64,000 nt of DNA from a virus. Below are positions 23,063-32,646 of the stretch, one piece after another (the first letter of the stretch is position 1; each line of letters begins with the position of its first letter). Below the pieces are notes generated by a model that searched no databases, had not been told where the DNA came from, and worked only from the letters and a program-made list of their open reading frames with translations. Where the stretch lies: the IMG/VR virus record IMGVR_UViG_3300020724_000005. The stretch is one strand, 5' to 3'. A program made the position numbers and the translations under genes.

Positions 23063-25474
23063 CTATCCTGTTGTTAGTGTTCTTGAGTACCTGCTAGTGT
23101 TGATGTTGTCTGCTGACTGTTGGTCACTCAGCCCTCTTATCGTGCTTCTTGTTGTAGCTCCGTCTTCTTGCTTCTGTATTATGGTCAACTCATTCTGTAC
23201 TACTACAGGTCCTCCTGCTGAAGCTGCAGCTGATGGAGATGTTGTCATAGCTGTTGATCCTGCTGCGTTAGCTGCGCTCATCGATGATATTCCAGATGTT
23301 GGAGTAGACAGTCCTCCAAGAGAAACTCCTTTGAGCTGAGCTCCTGCTCCTTCTACCATATTTATCATCCCCTCGTCTATGTTTATCCCTGGGAAGTAGT
23401 TCAAAAACCTCATGATGCCTCCAAGTATAGCTCCTGTCACGTCAAGCACCTTAACAAAGAAGTCTTGTATTCCTCCTACTATCTTTTTGAGGCTGTCTGG
23501 CTGTGATAAGAAGTTTATCGCTTTATCTATGAAAGCTCCAACTCCTGAGCTGGATACCAAGTCTGCAAAGCTCTGCTTTATCTTGTCTATGAACGCGGCT
23601 ATCTTTTCGTTGGCTGCTCCAGAGATCACTGCGTTCGCCGCCTCATCTCCCATAGCTGCTGCCATGGCTTCTTGAGTCTTATACTTCTTTATTGCAAGGT
23701 TGTACTGCTCTCTGTAGTCGTCTGTCTGCTTTGCTCCTATGATCCTCATGTACTCCTGCTTCTTCAGCATGTCTGCCATTTGGTCTCTTGTCATGCCGAA
23801 CGCTTTGGATATAGACTCTGCCTGTATCCTGTTGAGCTTCATGAAGTCTGTAGAAGATCCGACCTGCTTGTTTATCTCTTGGGCTGCACCAGCAAGATCA
23901 TTGTTCAAAAAGAGGTTTCTTGCAGTCTCAAGGTTTAGATCTCTGCCTGTAAGAAGCTGCGCCTCAAACTGGCTAGAGATGCTAGATTCAAAATCCAAGA
24001 AAGAGTCTGCGATGCTATCCATCTCTTTGAGGCTGGTGCCTAGAGACTTTGCTGTTACAAGCGCTTTTGTGAGCTTCTCTGGGTACTTTGCAAACGAAAG
24101 CCCGAGATAGCCTCCGTACGTAGAAGCTTCTTTGAGCACTCCTTTCTGGTCAAGCTGTATTCCCTTTGCCAAGCGAAGCGCTGCGACTTGGGTGAATACG
24201 CCTTTGATTATCTCTTTCTGATTCCTGTTCTGTAGCACTGACGCCTCTACAAGCCCTGTCCTCTCTGTGAGTTCAAGCCCTGCGACGTTCTTCAGCATTA
24301 TGTCTGTTTCGAGTCTGTCATTTGAAAGACCGTTCATCACCCCAAGCTGCTTTCCGAGCTCTATCTGAGTCTCAAACATCTTTCTGCTTGTGACAAAGAC
24401 GTTGTTGCTGTTGGTTGCAAAATCAGAGTAGTACTTGTTGAGCTTTAATGCTTCATCTGCGCTCAGACCCATCTCTCTGCCCATCTTCTGGACTTGGCTT
24501 ACTGAGTTGACTACTATGTCAAGGAACATGGAGAAAGTGTCAACAAGGCCACCCAGAACTCCACCGATGAGTGGTATAGTCTTCAGAACGTTAGAGAAAC
24601 CAGACGTTAGGTCTGATATGGGGCTTCCTCCTTCTGGAGTCAGTGCTTTCATTCCATTCTTAAGCTCAGATGCTATCGCTGACCCTGTCTTCTTTACAGC
24701 AGAGAACAGCTTAGCAAGTCCGACTGCCCAAACTGCGGGGTCTCCAAAGCTCTTTAAGAACTCGCTTCCTATAGATCTAAGACCAACTAATGCTACTTTC
24801 CATTTACCAGGATTCGTGACTTCGTTTTGGTTCTTTACGAGATCACGAGACTTTTGGACCATCTTACCATAAGCTTCATCTCCGACTCCAAGCTTCTTAG
24901 CAAGTATTCCTACAAGATTTCCTGAGACACCCATCTGCTTTACGACCATGTTCTCAGTCTTCAAAAGACCTTGCAACACAGCAGCCTGCTCGTTCATATT
25001 GTCTGTAACCTTCTTAGACGCAATGTACTCTGCTTCTTGTGCAGTAACACTTCTCCTGTGAAAATCAAGCTCTGCTGTGAGGTCCGCTAATTTTTTTAAT
25101 CTTGTGGCAGTGGCATTTTTAGCAATTTGGCTTTCTTTTTTCTCTATCTTTTGCAGTAGATCATCTTCTTTCTTCAGTTTCTCATCAGCAGACTTCTGTA
25201 TAGCTTCATTTATTGTAGCAAGCCTATTTTGTGCAACAGCTCTTCTTCCCAACGCCCTCTCTATATCAGCTTCAAGCTTCTTGGAGTTTATCTGAGTATC
25301 TGATATCGCTTCATACTTTGCATTGATGTCTTCAATGAAATTGGCTACCTTCTTGAGTTCATCAATAGTCCTTTTGGTGTTAGTAGTAAGATCTCCTGAG
25401 AACTGTACTATGTCTTTGTAGAGGTCGTATGCTTCTCTGAGTTTTTTGGGATCTAAGCCTTGTGCATCTGCCAT
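23063..25474 (-). CDS. tail tape measure protein
   Basis: 803 aa with a coiled-coil N-terminus, Gly/Ala-rich hydrophobic central segments, and a position downstream of the sheath and tube genes. Confidence 0.7.
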   Translation of the reverse strand: MADAQGLDPKKLREAYDLYKDIVQFSGDLTTNTKRTIDELKKVANFIEDINAKYEAISDTQINSKKLEADIERALGRRAVAQNRLATINEAIQKSADEKLKKEDDLLQKIEKKESQIAKNATATRLKKLADLTAELDFHRRSVTAQEAEYIASKKVTDNMNEQAAVLQGLLKTENMVVKQMGVSGNLVGILAKKLGVGDEAYGKMVQKSRDLVKNQNEVTNPGKWKVALVGLRSIGSEFLKSFGDPAVWAVGLAKLFSAVKKTGSAIASELKNGMKALTPEGGSPISDLTSGFSNVLKTIPLIGGVLGGLVDTFSMFLDIVVNSVSQVQKMGREMGLSADEALKLNKYYSDFATNSNNVFVTSRKMFETQIELGKQLGVMNGLSNDRLETDIMLKNVAGLELTERTGLVEASVLQNRNQKEIIKGVFTQVAALRLAKGIQLDQKGVLKEASTYGGYLGLSFAKYPEKLTKALVTAKSLGTSLKEMDSIADSFLDFESSISSQFEAQLLTGRDLNLETARNLFLNNDLAGAAQEINKQVGSSTDFMKLNRIQAESISKAFGMTRDQMADMLKKQEYMRIIGAKQTDDYREQYNLAIKKYKTQEAMAAAMGDEAANAVISGAANEKIAAFIDKIKQSFADLVSSSGVGAFIDKAINFLSQPDSLKKIVGGIQDFFVKVLDVTGAILGGIMRFLNYFPGINIDEGMINMVEGAGAQLKGVSLGGLSTPTSGISSMSAANAAGSTAMTTSPSAAASAGGPVVVQNELTIIQKQEDGATTRSTIRGLSDQQSADNINTSRYSRTLTTG

Positions 25475-25479
25475 ATGAA

Positions 25480-25487
25480 ATAAATAT
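25480..25487 (-). promoter_or_regulatory. GATATTTAT(A/T)A-type motif copy
   Basis: ATAAATATC, 5 nt upstream of ATG 25474. Confidence 0.35.
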
Positions 25488-25496
25488 CAAGCAAAG

Positions 25497-25757
25497 TTAG
25501 TTTTTGCTCTTTGCTTTAGAAACAAAAGTAGGTCCTTTTTCCATCGCTTTTTTTACAGCATCTGGCATCTGGAACTTGCTCATGTTCGTGTTCTCAGTGA
25601 CTACCTGCTTGGATTCATTACGCTTCTCTTCTACTTTGTTCAAGAACTCCTCTATCTTCTTTAAGCTGAACTTACGATGCGGCACAGGCATGTTCCAGAC
25701 TTCTGAATACGTGAATCCTCCTCCACCGTGGTAGGTCAGTTCGAACACCTCAGTCAT
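25497..25757 (-). CDS. hypothetical tail-module protein (possible assembly chaperone)
   Basis: 86 aa; the call rests on its position between the tube and tape measure genes. Confidence 0.35.
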   Translation of the reverse strand: MTEVFELTYHGGGGFTYSEVWNMPVPHRKFSLKKIEEFLNKVEEKRNESKQVVTENTNMSKFQMPDAVKKAMEKGPTFVSKAKSKN

Positions 25758-25767
25758 GAAGACGACT

Positions 25768-26529
25768 CTATATTCCGCTCCCGGGAAAAAAGAAATCTCC
25801 AGTTATCGGGAGATCTAGGGTTGCCTCCTCCCCATCGCTGAAAGTGACCTTCACCTTTGTGTCTATGTCTGGCGTTATCTGGGCCATGTACTGTCTTAGG
25901 GCGTTTGCATCTTTTGCCATCAATGCTTGGTCTACAAAGTCTCTTATGGTCTTTGTTGAGTAGTCTCCATTGACAGACGTTATCTGATACTTCAGTCTAA
26001 GGCTAGCGCCTGAATCTTGCCCAAGAGCCTTCTTAAGGCCTTTAGATTCTTCGTCTACTTTCTTTTCGTCTGCAAGAGTCATCAGCTTGAAAGTCACTTT
26101 GTTCTTGGAGAATGGAAGCTCAAAGTCGAACTCGTTCTTTCCTTTGAATATGCTTTCGTCTATCTTCTTGTACTCCATAGACTGGAGGTCTACTGTAACG
26201 ACCTCTTCTTCTCCTGTCCTTGGGTGAGGATACTTGAACTGGTAGTCTTTGCCATAACCCAAGATCCTTGCAGCTATGAGAAGTCCGTTACGGTCTCCCA
26301 GTATGAGATCTTCGTACACAACGTCTGAGGCTATGAGAGCTCTCAAGGTCTTCTCTATAGCGGTGCCTGCTCTGAGATTGTTGATGTTTGTTAGGATGTC
26401 TTCATCCTTTGCTGTCATGTAACGCATCTCTATCTTCCCTTTAGAGAGTGGGCTTTCTGGTGAGTATACCAGCCCTTTGCTAGGTAGGTCTACCATTTCG
26501 GTAGGGATCGCAAACTTTTGTTCTGCCAT
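25768..26529 (-). CDS. hypothetical tail-module protein (possible chaperone or hub subunit)
   Basis: 253 aa; N-terminus LPSKGLVYSPESPLSKGKIEMRYMTAKDEDIL. Called by position only. Confidence 0.35.
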   Translation of the reverse strand: MAEQKFAIPTEMVDLPSKGLVYSPESPLSKGKIEMRYMTAKDEDILTNINNLRAGTAIEKTLRALIASDVVYEDLILGDRNGLLIAARILGYGKDYQFKYPHPRTGEEEVVTVDLQSMEYKKIDESIFKGKNEFDFELPFSKNKVTFKLMTLADEKKVDEESKGLKKALGQDSGASLRLKYQITSVNGDYSTKTIRDFVDQALMAKDANALRQYMAQITPDIDTKVKVTFSDGEEATLDLPITGDFFFPGSGI

Positions 26530-26598
26530 GTGTAACTGTGTTTATTATATATATTGAGGTTCTAAGTTTTCCCCTCTATAGAATATAATGAAATTTAT

Positions 26599-26642
26599 CT
26601 AAAAAGAAAAAAGCTCCTTTTGAGTGGAGCTTCTTTTTTTAT
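26599..26642 (-). terminator. rho-independent terminator after the tube gene (looks bidirectional)
   Basis: AAGCTCC (26611..26617) pairs with GGAGCTT (26626..26632), flanked by an A-run upstream and a T-run downstream. On the minus strand the stem is followed by TTTTTTCTTTTT. Confidence 0.7.
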
Positions 26643-26696
26643 CTATTGTTGGTATTGCCTAATAGTTTAGAATAAAAATATTCTAATAATTAAGAA

Positions 26697-27185
26697 TCAG
26701 TAGTTGAGTATACAAAAATCACAACCGAGTGTCAATGTCAACTCTGTAGGATCAGATGTAGACCAGTCGTAGTTGCCAGCTGAGAAAGTCTTGATAAATG
26801 CGCCCTTTACGATCCATTCACTTACAATATCTCCCACTGGTCCTACTATATCCAAAGTAACATCTTTCTTATAAAAGTCAGAGTATCCATCTCTACCGGT
26901 CACTGATTCGTGGTGAAGACGAACCCACTCCATGCAAGCCTGCTGTCCTGAAGGAGATATCGGGTTGTAGAGAGATAGCTCGATGTCTTTCCACTCAGCC
27001 TTACCTTTTATCTTAAAGTAGGTGTTGATGTGGTCCAGCTTGATCTCACCCATTTCAACACTAGGAGCTGACGCCTTTTTAATCATGTATGAGGGAATAC
27101 CGTCGATGTACATGATGAACCTGTTGCTTACCGTAGGTTCAAACGCCGTATAAAAGATTTCTGCGGGATCCAAAATTCCTGCCAT
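26697..27185 (-). CDS. tail tube protein (T4 gp19-like)
   Basis: 162 aa, directly downstream of the sheath region; the pattern FIMYIDGIP...WKDIELSLYNP is typical of gp19-like tubes. Confidence 0.7.
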   Translation of the reverse strand: MAGILDPAEIFYTAFEPTVSNRFIMYIDGIPSYMIKKASAPSVEMGEIKLDHINTYFKIKGKAEWKDIELSLYNPISPSGQQACMEWVRLHHESVTGRDGYSDFYKKDVTLDIVGPVGDIVSEWIVKGAFIKTFSAGNYDWSTSDPTELTLTLGCDFCILNY

Positions 27186-27216
27186 ATTATTTTAGTTTTA
27201 TTCTTGTTGTTCGTTT

Positions 27217-27224
27217 ATAAATAT
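27217..27224 (-). promoter_or_regulatory. GATATTTAT(A/T)A-type motif copy
   Basis: ATAAATATC, 31 nt upstream of the tube ATG 27185. Confidence 0.4.
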
Positions 27225-27226
27225 CG

Positions 27227-27709
27227 TTACTTTGCTTTTTTCTTTGCAGCCTGTCCTTTCCACATAGCCGCTGCTGCTACCTTCTGGCCTCTTTCTTTTG
27301 AGCCGTACTCTTTGGCTGCTTTCGTTGCGACCTTCTCGAATCCTTTGCCTTTCTTGCCTATGTCCTTGCCAGACTTTGCCTTTTTGACTACAGCTGATTT
27401 CTCCTTTTTGGTGAGACCTGCTGATGGTTTCTTTTTGGCTTCATCTAGATCTTCTTCTCCTTCTAGATCATCTCCAATGAACTCCTCGTAAGCATATCTC
27501 ATAGCCTCTTCAGCTTCAGACCCATTCATCGCATTACCAAGAACGTATTCTAAGATCTTGGTGTCTGATACTCCAAAATCTCTTAAAGACTCTAGTGTAT
27601 CAAAAGCTTCTGCTCTTGGGTTTTTAAATGCCTCTTTTATCACTTTGCCTTTGAGAGACTCATACAGTGCAGCTGGCACTTTTACTCGTACTATTGTGTT
27701 TTTGTTCAT
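27227..27709 (-). CDS. hypothetical Lys-rich protein
   Basis: 160 aa with an acidic middle and a basic C-terminus (KGKGFEKVATKAAKEYGSKERGQKVAAAAMWKG). Confidence 0.5.
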   Translation of the reverse strand: MNKNTIVRVKVPAALYESLKGKVIKEAFKNPRAEAFDTLESLRDFGVSDTKILEYVLGNAMNGSEAEEAMRYAYEEFIGDDLEGEEDLDEAKKKPSAGLTKKEKSAVVKKAKSGKDIGKKGKGFEKVATKAAKEYGSKERGQKVAAAAMWKGQAAKKKAK

Positions 27710-27710
27710 G

Positions 27711-29468
27711 TTATCCGAATGTTACGCCTGTAGGCAGTATGTTGAATGTTAAGTAGATGAATTCTGCTGTGCGGGTTGGCTGTAAGTATATAGAACCTAT
27801 AAGCTCGTTTCTGTCTATCACAGCCGGAGTGTTGTTCGTATCGTCCATCACAACTGAGAAGCTGTAAAGACCTTGTCTCTGCTGTACGCTTGCGAGGTAT
27901 GGGTTCACTGCGTTCAGGAACTTGTTTCTTGTCACCTGAGTGTTTGGTTCGAATACCAGGTTGTCTGCGATCTGACCTATGTAAGACTTCAGAGATATCA
28001 ACAGTCTTCTAACGTTGACTCTGTCGAGAGCTGATGATTTCTGCTGCAGCGTCTTCTGACCGTATATCACTGTACCAACTCCTGGGAATATAGATATCGG
28101 ATTGACCTTAGACGCATACAGAGTGTTTCTGTCGTCGATCGAAAGCTTTCTTTCTGGCTGTAGAACTGCGCTCATTCCACCTCTTGTGAAGCCTGCTGGA
28201 GCGAACCACTCTGCGCCGATCTTGTCGTTGTATTCGTACACTGCTGGCACCATCGTAGAAGCTGGAACGAAGTTTGTTCTTCCTGTCTCTACTGATCTTA
28301 TCTGTACCCACGGCCAGTACGTAGCTCCGTATGAGTTATCGAACGACTTAGCGAGTGTAGTTATAGTTCCTATGTTCTGAGCGTATCCACCCATATCTAC
28401 GACTGCGATGTTGTCTCCTCTATTCTGTGCAAGAGTCAAAAGAGCGTTGATCTCAGTAACAGCGTTCTGTGCTGTTATGCCTGGAGCGTATATCGAGTTG
28501 AACTGGTAAGAGTCTTTGTTTCCAAGCAGGTTTATCGCCAGATCGTAGTCTGATGCGTGTAGGCCTTGGATGTTAGTTCCAGGAGTATCGTTTACTGATG
28601 CCACTGTTGGGATTGCTTCGAACATGTTCAGCGCTTCTATTCCAAAAGAGCCGTATAGTCCTCCTGTTGCTCCGCCGAATGCTCCGTTAACAGACCCTGA
28701 TCCTACCAAAGGAAGAGAGCTTGTGTATTGATTTTGTGGCTGGCCGTATGAATTGAAGTAGTTAGGAGTAGGTAGATTCACCGATTTAACTCTAACGTAC
28801 TTGCTTATGTTGATGTAAGATCCAGTAACTTGCAAGTAGTAGTTTCCTGTGGTAGGATCTGCTATAGCATTTTGAACTTGGTCTCCTATCACGTAAGAGA
28901 TGTAGTTGTTCTGGTTCGGATCTAAAGAGAGGTTGTTCCAAGACTCAAGCACAGTTTTGCTGTTCTCGTAGTCGTCTCCTCTGCGGATCACCAAGCTGAA
29001 CAGTCCTGAGCCTGAATCAGAGCTCACTATCTCCCATCTTACGTTTGCTGAAGATCCTGAAGGAAGAGCTCCGTTAACTGCAGTACCGCCTGTGTTGTTC
29101 ATCACTGTACCTGCAGACAGAGTCTCAAGAACGAATGCTGTGACGCTGCCAGAAGCCGCTAAGCTAGCAGTCGCTGGAGTATAAGATCCAGATACTACCC
29201 TAGTGACAAGCAAAGAAGTACCGCCTTGCTGGAAGTATCCGTTTGCCGCCATGCTCGTAAGGTATTCATAAGAAGTACCTCCAGAGACAAAAGCTGCCCC
29301 AAAGACTGCCTTGTATTGTGAGTAAGAAGTTACTACCGTTGGGATGTTAACTGGTCCTAGAACTGTAGGTCCTATTAATGCTGCACCAGCTATGATCGGT
29401 CCTTGTGTTATCTGACTCTGGTCGTTCTCTATCGAAAATACGCCAGGGCTTATGAGTGTTTCAGCCAT
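27711..29468 (-). CDS. contractile tail sheath protein (T4 gp18-like)
   Basis: 585 aa with an N-terminus ISPGVFSIENDQS typical of sheath proteins. It is adjacent to the tube gene. Confidence 0.8.
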   Translation of the reverse strand: MAETLISPGVFSIENDQSQITQGPIIAGAALIGPTVLGPVNIPTVVTSYSQYKAVFGAAFVSGGTSYEYLTSMAANGYFQQGGTSLLVTRVVSGSYTPATASLAASGSVTAFVLETLSAGTVMNNTGGTAVNGALPSGSSANVRWEIVSSDSGSGLFSLVIRRGDDYENSKTVLESWNNLSLDPNQNNYISYVIGDQVQNAIADPTTGNYYLQVTGSYINISKYVRVKSVNLPTPNYFNSYGQPQNQYTSSLPLVGSGSVNGAFGGATGGLYGSFGIEALNMFEAIPTVASVNDTPGTNIQGLHASDYDLAINLLGNKDSYQFNSIYAPGITAQNAVTEINALLTLAQNRGDNIAVVDMGGYAQNIGTITTLAKSFDNSYGATYWPWVQIRSVETGRTNFVPASTMVPAVYEYNDKIGAEWFAPAGFTRGGMSAVLQPERKLSIDDRNTLYASKVNPISIFPGVGTVIYGQKTLQQKSSALDRVNVRRLLISLKSYIGQIADNLVFEPNTQVTRNKFLNAVNPYLASVQQRQGLYSFSVVMDDTNNTPAVIDRNELIGSIYLQPTRTAEFIYLTFNILPTGVTFG

Positions 29469-29491
29469 TTATGTTATTGTTTTTTCTACTA

Positions 29492-29499
29492 ATAAATAT
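29492..29499 (-). promoter_or_regulatory. GATATTTAT(A/T)A-type motif copy
   Basis: ATAAATATC, 23 nt upstream of the sheath ATG 29468. Confidence 0.4.
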
Positions 29500-29509
29500 C
29501 GGCCATTTC

Positions 29510-29746
29510 TTACGAAATATCTCCGGTTTCTATATTTATCGTAACGTTTCCGTACTTGGACTTTATCTCTTCAAAGATCGATTCTTCTCTCTGTTTCAAC
29601 GCTGCTATCTCCTTTCTTTGCTCATCTATCTTAAGCTCTATAGATATCTTTTGAAACTCTAATTCGCCTAGTGCTGAAGCTATGTCTAAAGCGTCTTGTC
29701 TTATGAGGTTGATCTTACTGAGTTCGTCTTCTGTCAGTCTTGCCAT
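29510..29746 (-). CDS. hypothetical coiled-coil protein
   Basis: 78-aa ORF with a motif copy 14 nt upstream. Confidence 0.45.
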   Translation of the reverse strand: MARLTEDELSKINLIRQDALDIASALGELEFQKISIELKIDEQRKEIAALKQREESIFEEIKSKYGNVTINIETGDIS

Positions 29747-29760
29747 AACGTGATTTGATT

Positions 29761-29768
29761 ATAAATAT
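29761..29768 (-). promoter_or_regulatory. motif copy
   Basis: ATAAATAT, 14 nt upstream of ATG 29746. Confidence 0.35.
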
Positions 29769-29772
29769 GTGA

Positions 29773-30006
29773 TTATTTAGACGAGATCTTCTTTATGTCT
29801 TCTAACATTTTATTAGAGTTCTCTTGCACTCTATTCACAGTCTCTTTTACTTTAGGATCTTCAGTCATCTTCTTGAAAGCGTCCTCTGCGAACTCCGCGC
29901 CTTCTTTTACTTCTTGGACAAACTCCTCTATCTTGCTGGCTTTTACAAGTAGTATGATCACCAGAGTTATTGCGATAGCTACGAGTGCTGTTATCAGTAT
30001 AGGCAT
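29773..30006 (-). CDS. hypothetical membrane-anchored protein
   Basis: 77 aa with the N-terminal TM segment ILITALVAIAITLVIILLV. Confidence 0.45.
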   Translation of the reverse strand: MPILITALVAIAITLVIILLVKASKIEEFVQEVKEGAEFAEDAFKKMTEDPKVKETVNRVQENSNKMLEDIKKISSK

Positions 30007-30022
30007 AGTTGATGGATTTGTT

Positions 30023-30030
30023 ATAAATAT
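30023..30030 (-). promoter_or_regulatory. motif copy
   Basis: ATAAATAT, 16 nt upstream of ATG 30006. Confidence 0.35.
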
Positions 30031-30033
30031 TGT

Positions 30034-32643
30034 TTAATCTACAAAAGCATATGATATTGTTGCAGGAGCTAATAAAGAGTTCCAGTTGGTCGTTCTTGTT
30101 AAAGTAGGTTTATAGTCCCATATAGGTTGTCCTCCTGAGCTATTGATATCGGTTGCTGTCACAAAAGATACGTTTTGGGTAGCTCCTGGCTGTAGATTAA
30201 ATAATGTTGCAGTTGATGGAGTACTTGCTACTAGTGATATATTAGATGCTGCTGTTCCTCTTAAAATTAAACCACTATTTACAGTATATGTTTTATTAGA
30301 AACTAGAGAATGGGTTGCTCCTGCTGTTGTAGATATTAGATTATATGTACTAAAAGCCGCTGATCCTGTAATGTTAGTAGAAGTATTTAGAGACATTGTA
30401 CCATAACATGTTAAACTTGAAGTATTAATTGTAAATACTGAAGTAGAACCAGTTGTTGTAATACTATATAAACTTAATGAAGAAGAGTTAGCCAATGTTA
30501 AACTACCAGAAACTACTAAATTACTTGTACCATATGAGATACTACCCGTTGTATAAGTTAGTGTTCCTGTTTTAGCTATCGATCCTGATAGTGTTAATGA
30601 ACCTGTAGTATTGATTGTTAAAGCACTAGTTATATTACCTGTTCCACTCCATGTACCTGTACCGGTTAAAGACAATGGAGTAGTTCCTGCAAGAACAGCG
30701 CCTACTGTAAGATTACCTGATATAGTAGATGCAAAGTTACCATTTATGGTTAAGTTCTGAGTAGCTACCGTAAGATTAGTGAAATTGATAGCACTTGGTA
30801 TAGTTAACGTAGTTGCTGTACCTGCTCCAGTATTAGTGATAGTACCAGTGGGATTAAAGAACGTAGACCCACCAAAAGTTGTATTACCTCCTATAGCGAG
30901 GGTTAAAGTACCTGAAATATTTAAGTTTGAAGATAGAGTAAAAGTACCAGCAACAGAAATAGTTAGATTATTTAAAGTTACTGAATTGGTCAGGTTGATG
31001 GTAGATCCCCCAGAAATTATATTTACAGTAGATCCTGTGGTAACTACAGTACCAGCTGTATATGTCAAAGTTCCCGCACCCCAATAAACTGTACCAGAAA
31101 TAGTTAGTGTGCCTGACGTGTTAATGGTTGTATTCAAAAGCACCGCCCCGGTCGTAGTGTGACTCCATGTACCAGTACCGGTAAATATCAAACCAACACC
31201 ATTTGACGAATAAAGTCCAACTGTACTGTTTATAGTTAAATTTCTACCCACATTTATATTAAAACCCGCCCCATTAACAGTGGTGTAATTTGATCCGTTG
31301 GAAGTTAAATCGGTTACATTTATTGTATTAGGTATTGTCAAGATGCCTGATCCTAACACCATGTTTCCAATAGGCTTAAAATTCCCAGCGCCGTTTACCG
31401 AACAGTTATTTCCACCTTGCATAACGGTAAACGTTCCTGCGATCGTAAAAGTAGAAGAACATGTTATAGTTAAAGCACCTGCTCCTGTTTGAGAAGTAAC
31501 ATTATTCCAACTGACGGCACTGGTTGTATTCATTGTACAACTAGAATATAATTTTAAAGTTGATCCTGTTGTAATAACTGTACCAGCAGTATAAATCAAA
31601 GAAGGAGCATAACCAACTGTTCCAAATCCTACAGTACCAGATATAGTTATTGTTCCTGAAGTATTAATAGTAATATTTCCTCCGGCAAAGCCAAAATCAC
31701 CAGTCCAAGTACCGGTTCCTATTAAATTCATATTTGCTGCTAAAAAAACCACCCCTCCTATATTAAGATCACCGGTTAGATTTAAAGTACCAGTTCCACC
31801 TGTAGTTAAACTAGTAGTAGTAATAAGACTTTTTATAGTTGTATTTGCACTTAAATTGACTCCTACTCCAGCAACATTGAATGTCCAATCACCCCAACTC
31901 ATAGAAGCATTTGTAGTATTAATCGTTGATGAGGTGCCTACAAAATTTAATATAGAACCAGTTGTAACTATTGTCCCCGCAGTATAAGTTAAAGTTCTTG
32001 ATGATGAAGTAGAACCAAAATTTACAGTACCAGAAACAGTTATAGTTCCTGCTGAATTGAATACAAGACTTAAACCTAGATTACCACTCCCTGTCCAAGT
32101 ACTATTACCAGCTAAAACAATTGTAGATGCTGCTCCTGGAGTGTTAAAATTTAAGTCAGCATTAACATTAAAAGTTCCAGTTACTGTTAGGTTAAAAGCA
32201 CCTGACATTCTGGTAAGAACACCTACAGTTAAATTATTAACTGAAAAGTTAGATGAAGTTAATGTTTTTATTCCATTACTAGTTGCAAAGGTTAATAACC
32301 CTCCCCAACTCCCCCCTGCTCCCGACGCTAATGTAGTACTCCCAGCAGCTACCAAAGCACTGGATCCTGAGACACTAACAGTTGTAGTTCCTAAAGTAAC
32401 AGTTCCACCAGTAGTTGTAGTAATAGTATTTGACATGGTTATGGTATTAGTATAACCTGTAAAATTTATAGATAAACATACTCCAGCAACATCTACTGTA
32501 CAGTTTCCTGAGTTAGCATCAAATACAGCAGTATCAGCAGTAGTAGGTACTGCCCCACCAGTTCCACCACCTGAACTTAAACTCCAGTTGGTAGATACAC
32601 TCCAGTTTACGTTACCACTATTTCTAAAATAATATGTTGCCAT
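30034..32643 (-). CDS. beta-helix-type tail fibre/adhesin, long paralogue
   Basis: 869 aa, T/G/S/N-rich. The N-terminus is MATYYFRNSGNVNWSVSTNWSLSSGG. It contains four internal modules of about 130-150 aa (GTGTW...TINTSGT(I/L)TISGTV...TYTAGT(V/I)(I/V)TTGS). Confidence 0.6.
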   Translation of the reverse strand: MATYYFRNSGNVNWSVSTNWSLSSGGGTGGAVPTTADTAVFDANSGNCTVDVAGVCLSINFTGYTNTITMSNTITTTTGGTVTLGTTTVSVSGSSALVAAGSTTLASGAGGSWGGLLTFATSNGIKTLTSSNFSVNNLTVGVLTRMSGAFNLTVTGTFNVNADLNFNTPGAASTIVLAGNSTWTGSGNLGLSLVFNSAGTITVSGTVNFGSTSSSRTLTYTAGTIVTTGSILNFVGTSSTINTTNASMSWGDWTFNVAGVGVNLSANTTIKSLITTTSLTTGGTGTLNLTGDLNIGGVVFLAANMNLIGTGTWTGDFGFAGGNITINTSGTITISGTVGFGTVGYAPSLIYTAGTVITTGSTLKLYSSCTMNTTSAVSWNNVTSQTGAGALTITCSSTFTIAGTFTVMQGGNNCSVNGAGNFKPIGNMVLGSGILTIPNTINVTDLTSNGSNYTTVNGAGFNINVGRNLTINSTVGLYSSNGVGLIFTGTGTWSHTTTGAVLLNTTINTSGTLTISGTVYWGAGTLTYTAGTVVTTGSTVNIISGGSTINLTNSVTLNNLTISVAGTFTLSSNLNISGTLTLAIGGNTTFGGSTFFNPTGTITNTGAGTATTLTIPSAINFTNLTVATQNLTINGNFASTISGNLTVGAVLAGTTPLSLTGTGTWSGTGNITSALTINTTGSLTLSGSIAKTGTLTYTTGSISYGTSNLVVSGSLTLANSSSLSLYSITTTGSTSVFTINTSSLTCYGTMSLNTSTNITGSAAFSTYNLISTTAGATHSLVSNKTYTVNSGLILRGTAASNISLVASTPSTATLFNLQPGATQNVSFVTATDINSSGGQPIWDYKPTLTRTTNWNSLLAPATISYAFVD

Positions 32644-32646
32644 TGT

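Noticed and set aside
25497-26529. A programmed -1 frameshift between the two ORFs upstream of the tape measure gene (G/GT-type tail chaperone).
   Set aside because: The two ORFs are separated by a stop codon and a short spacer rather than overlapping, and I saw no slippery heptamer. The sequence alone gives no support.
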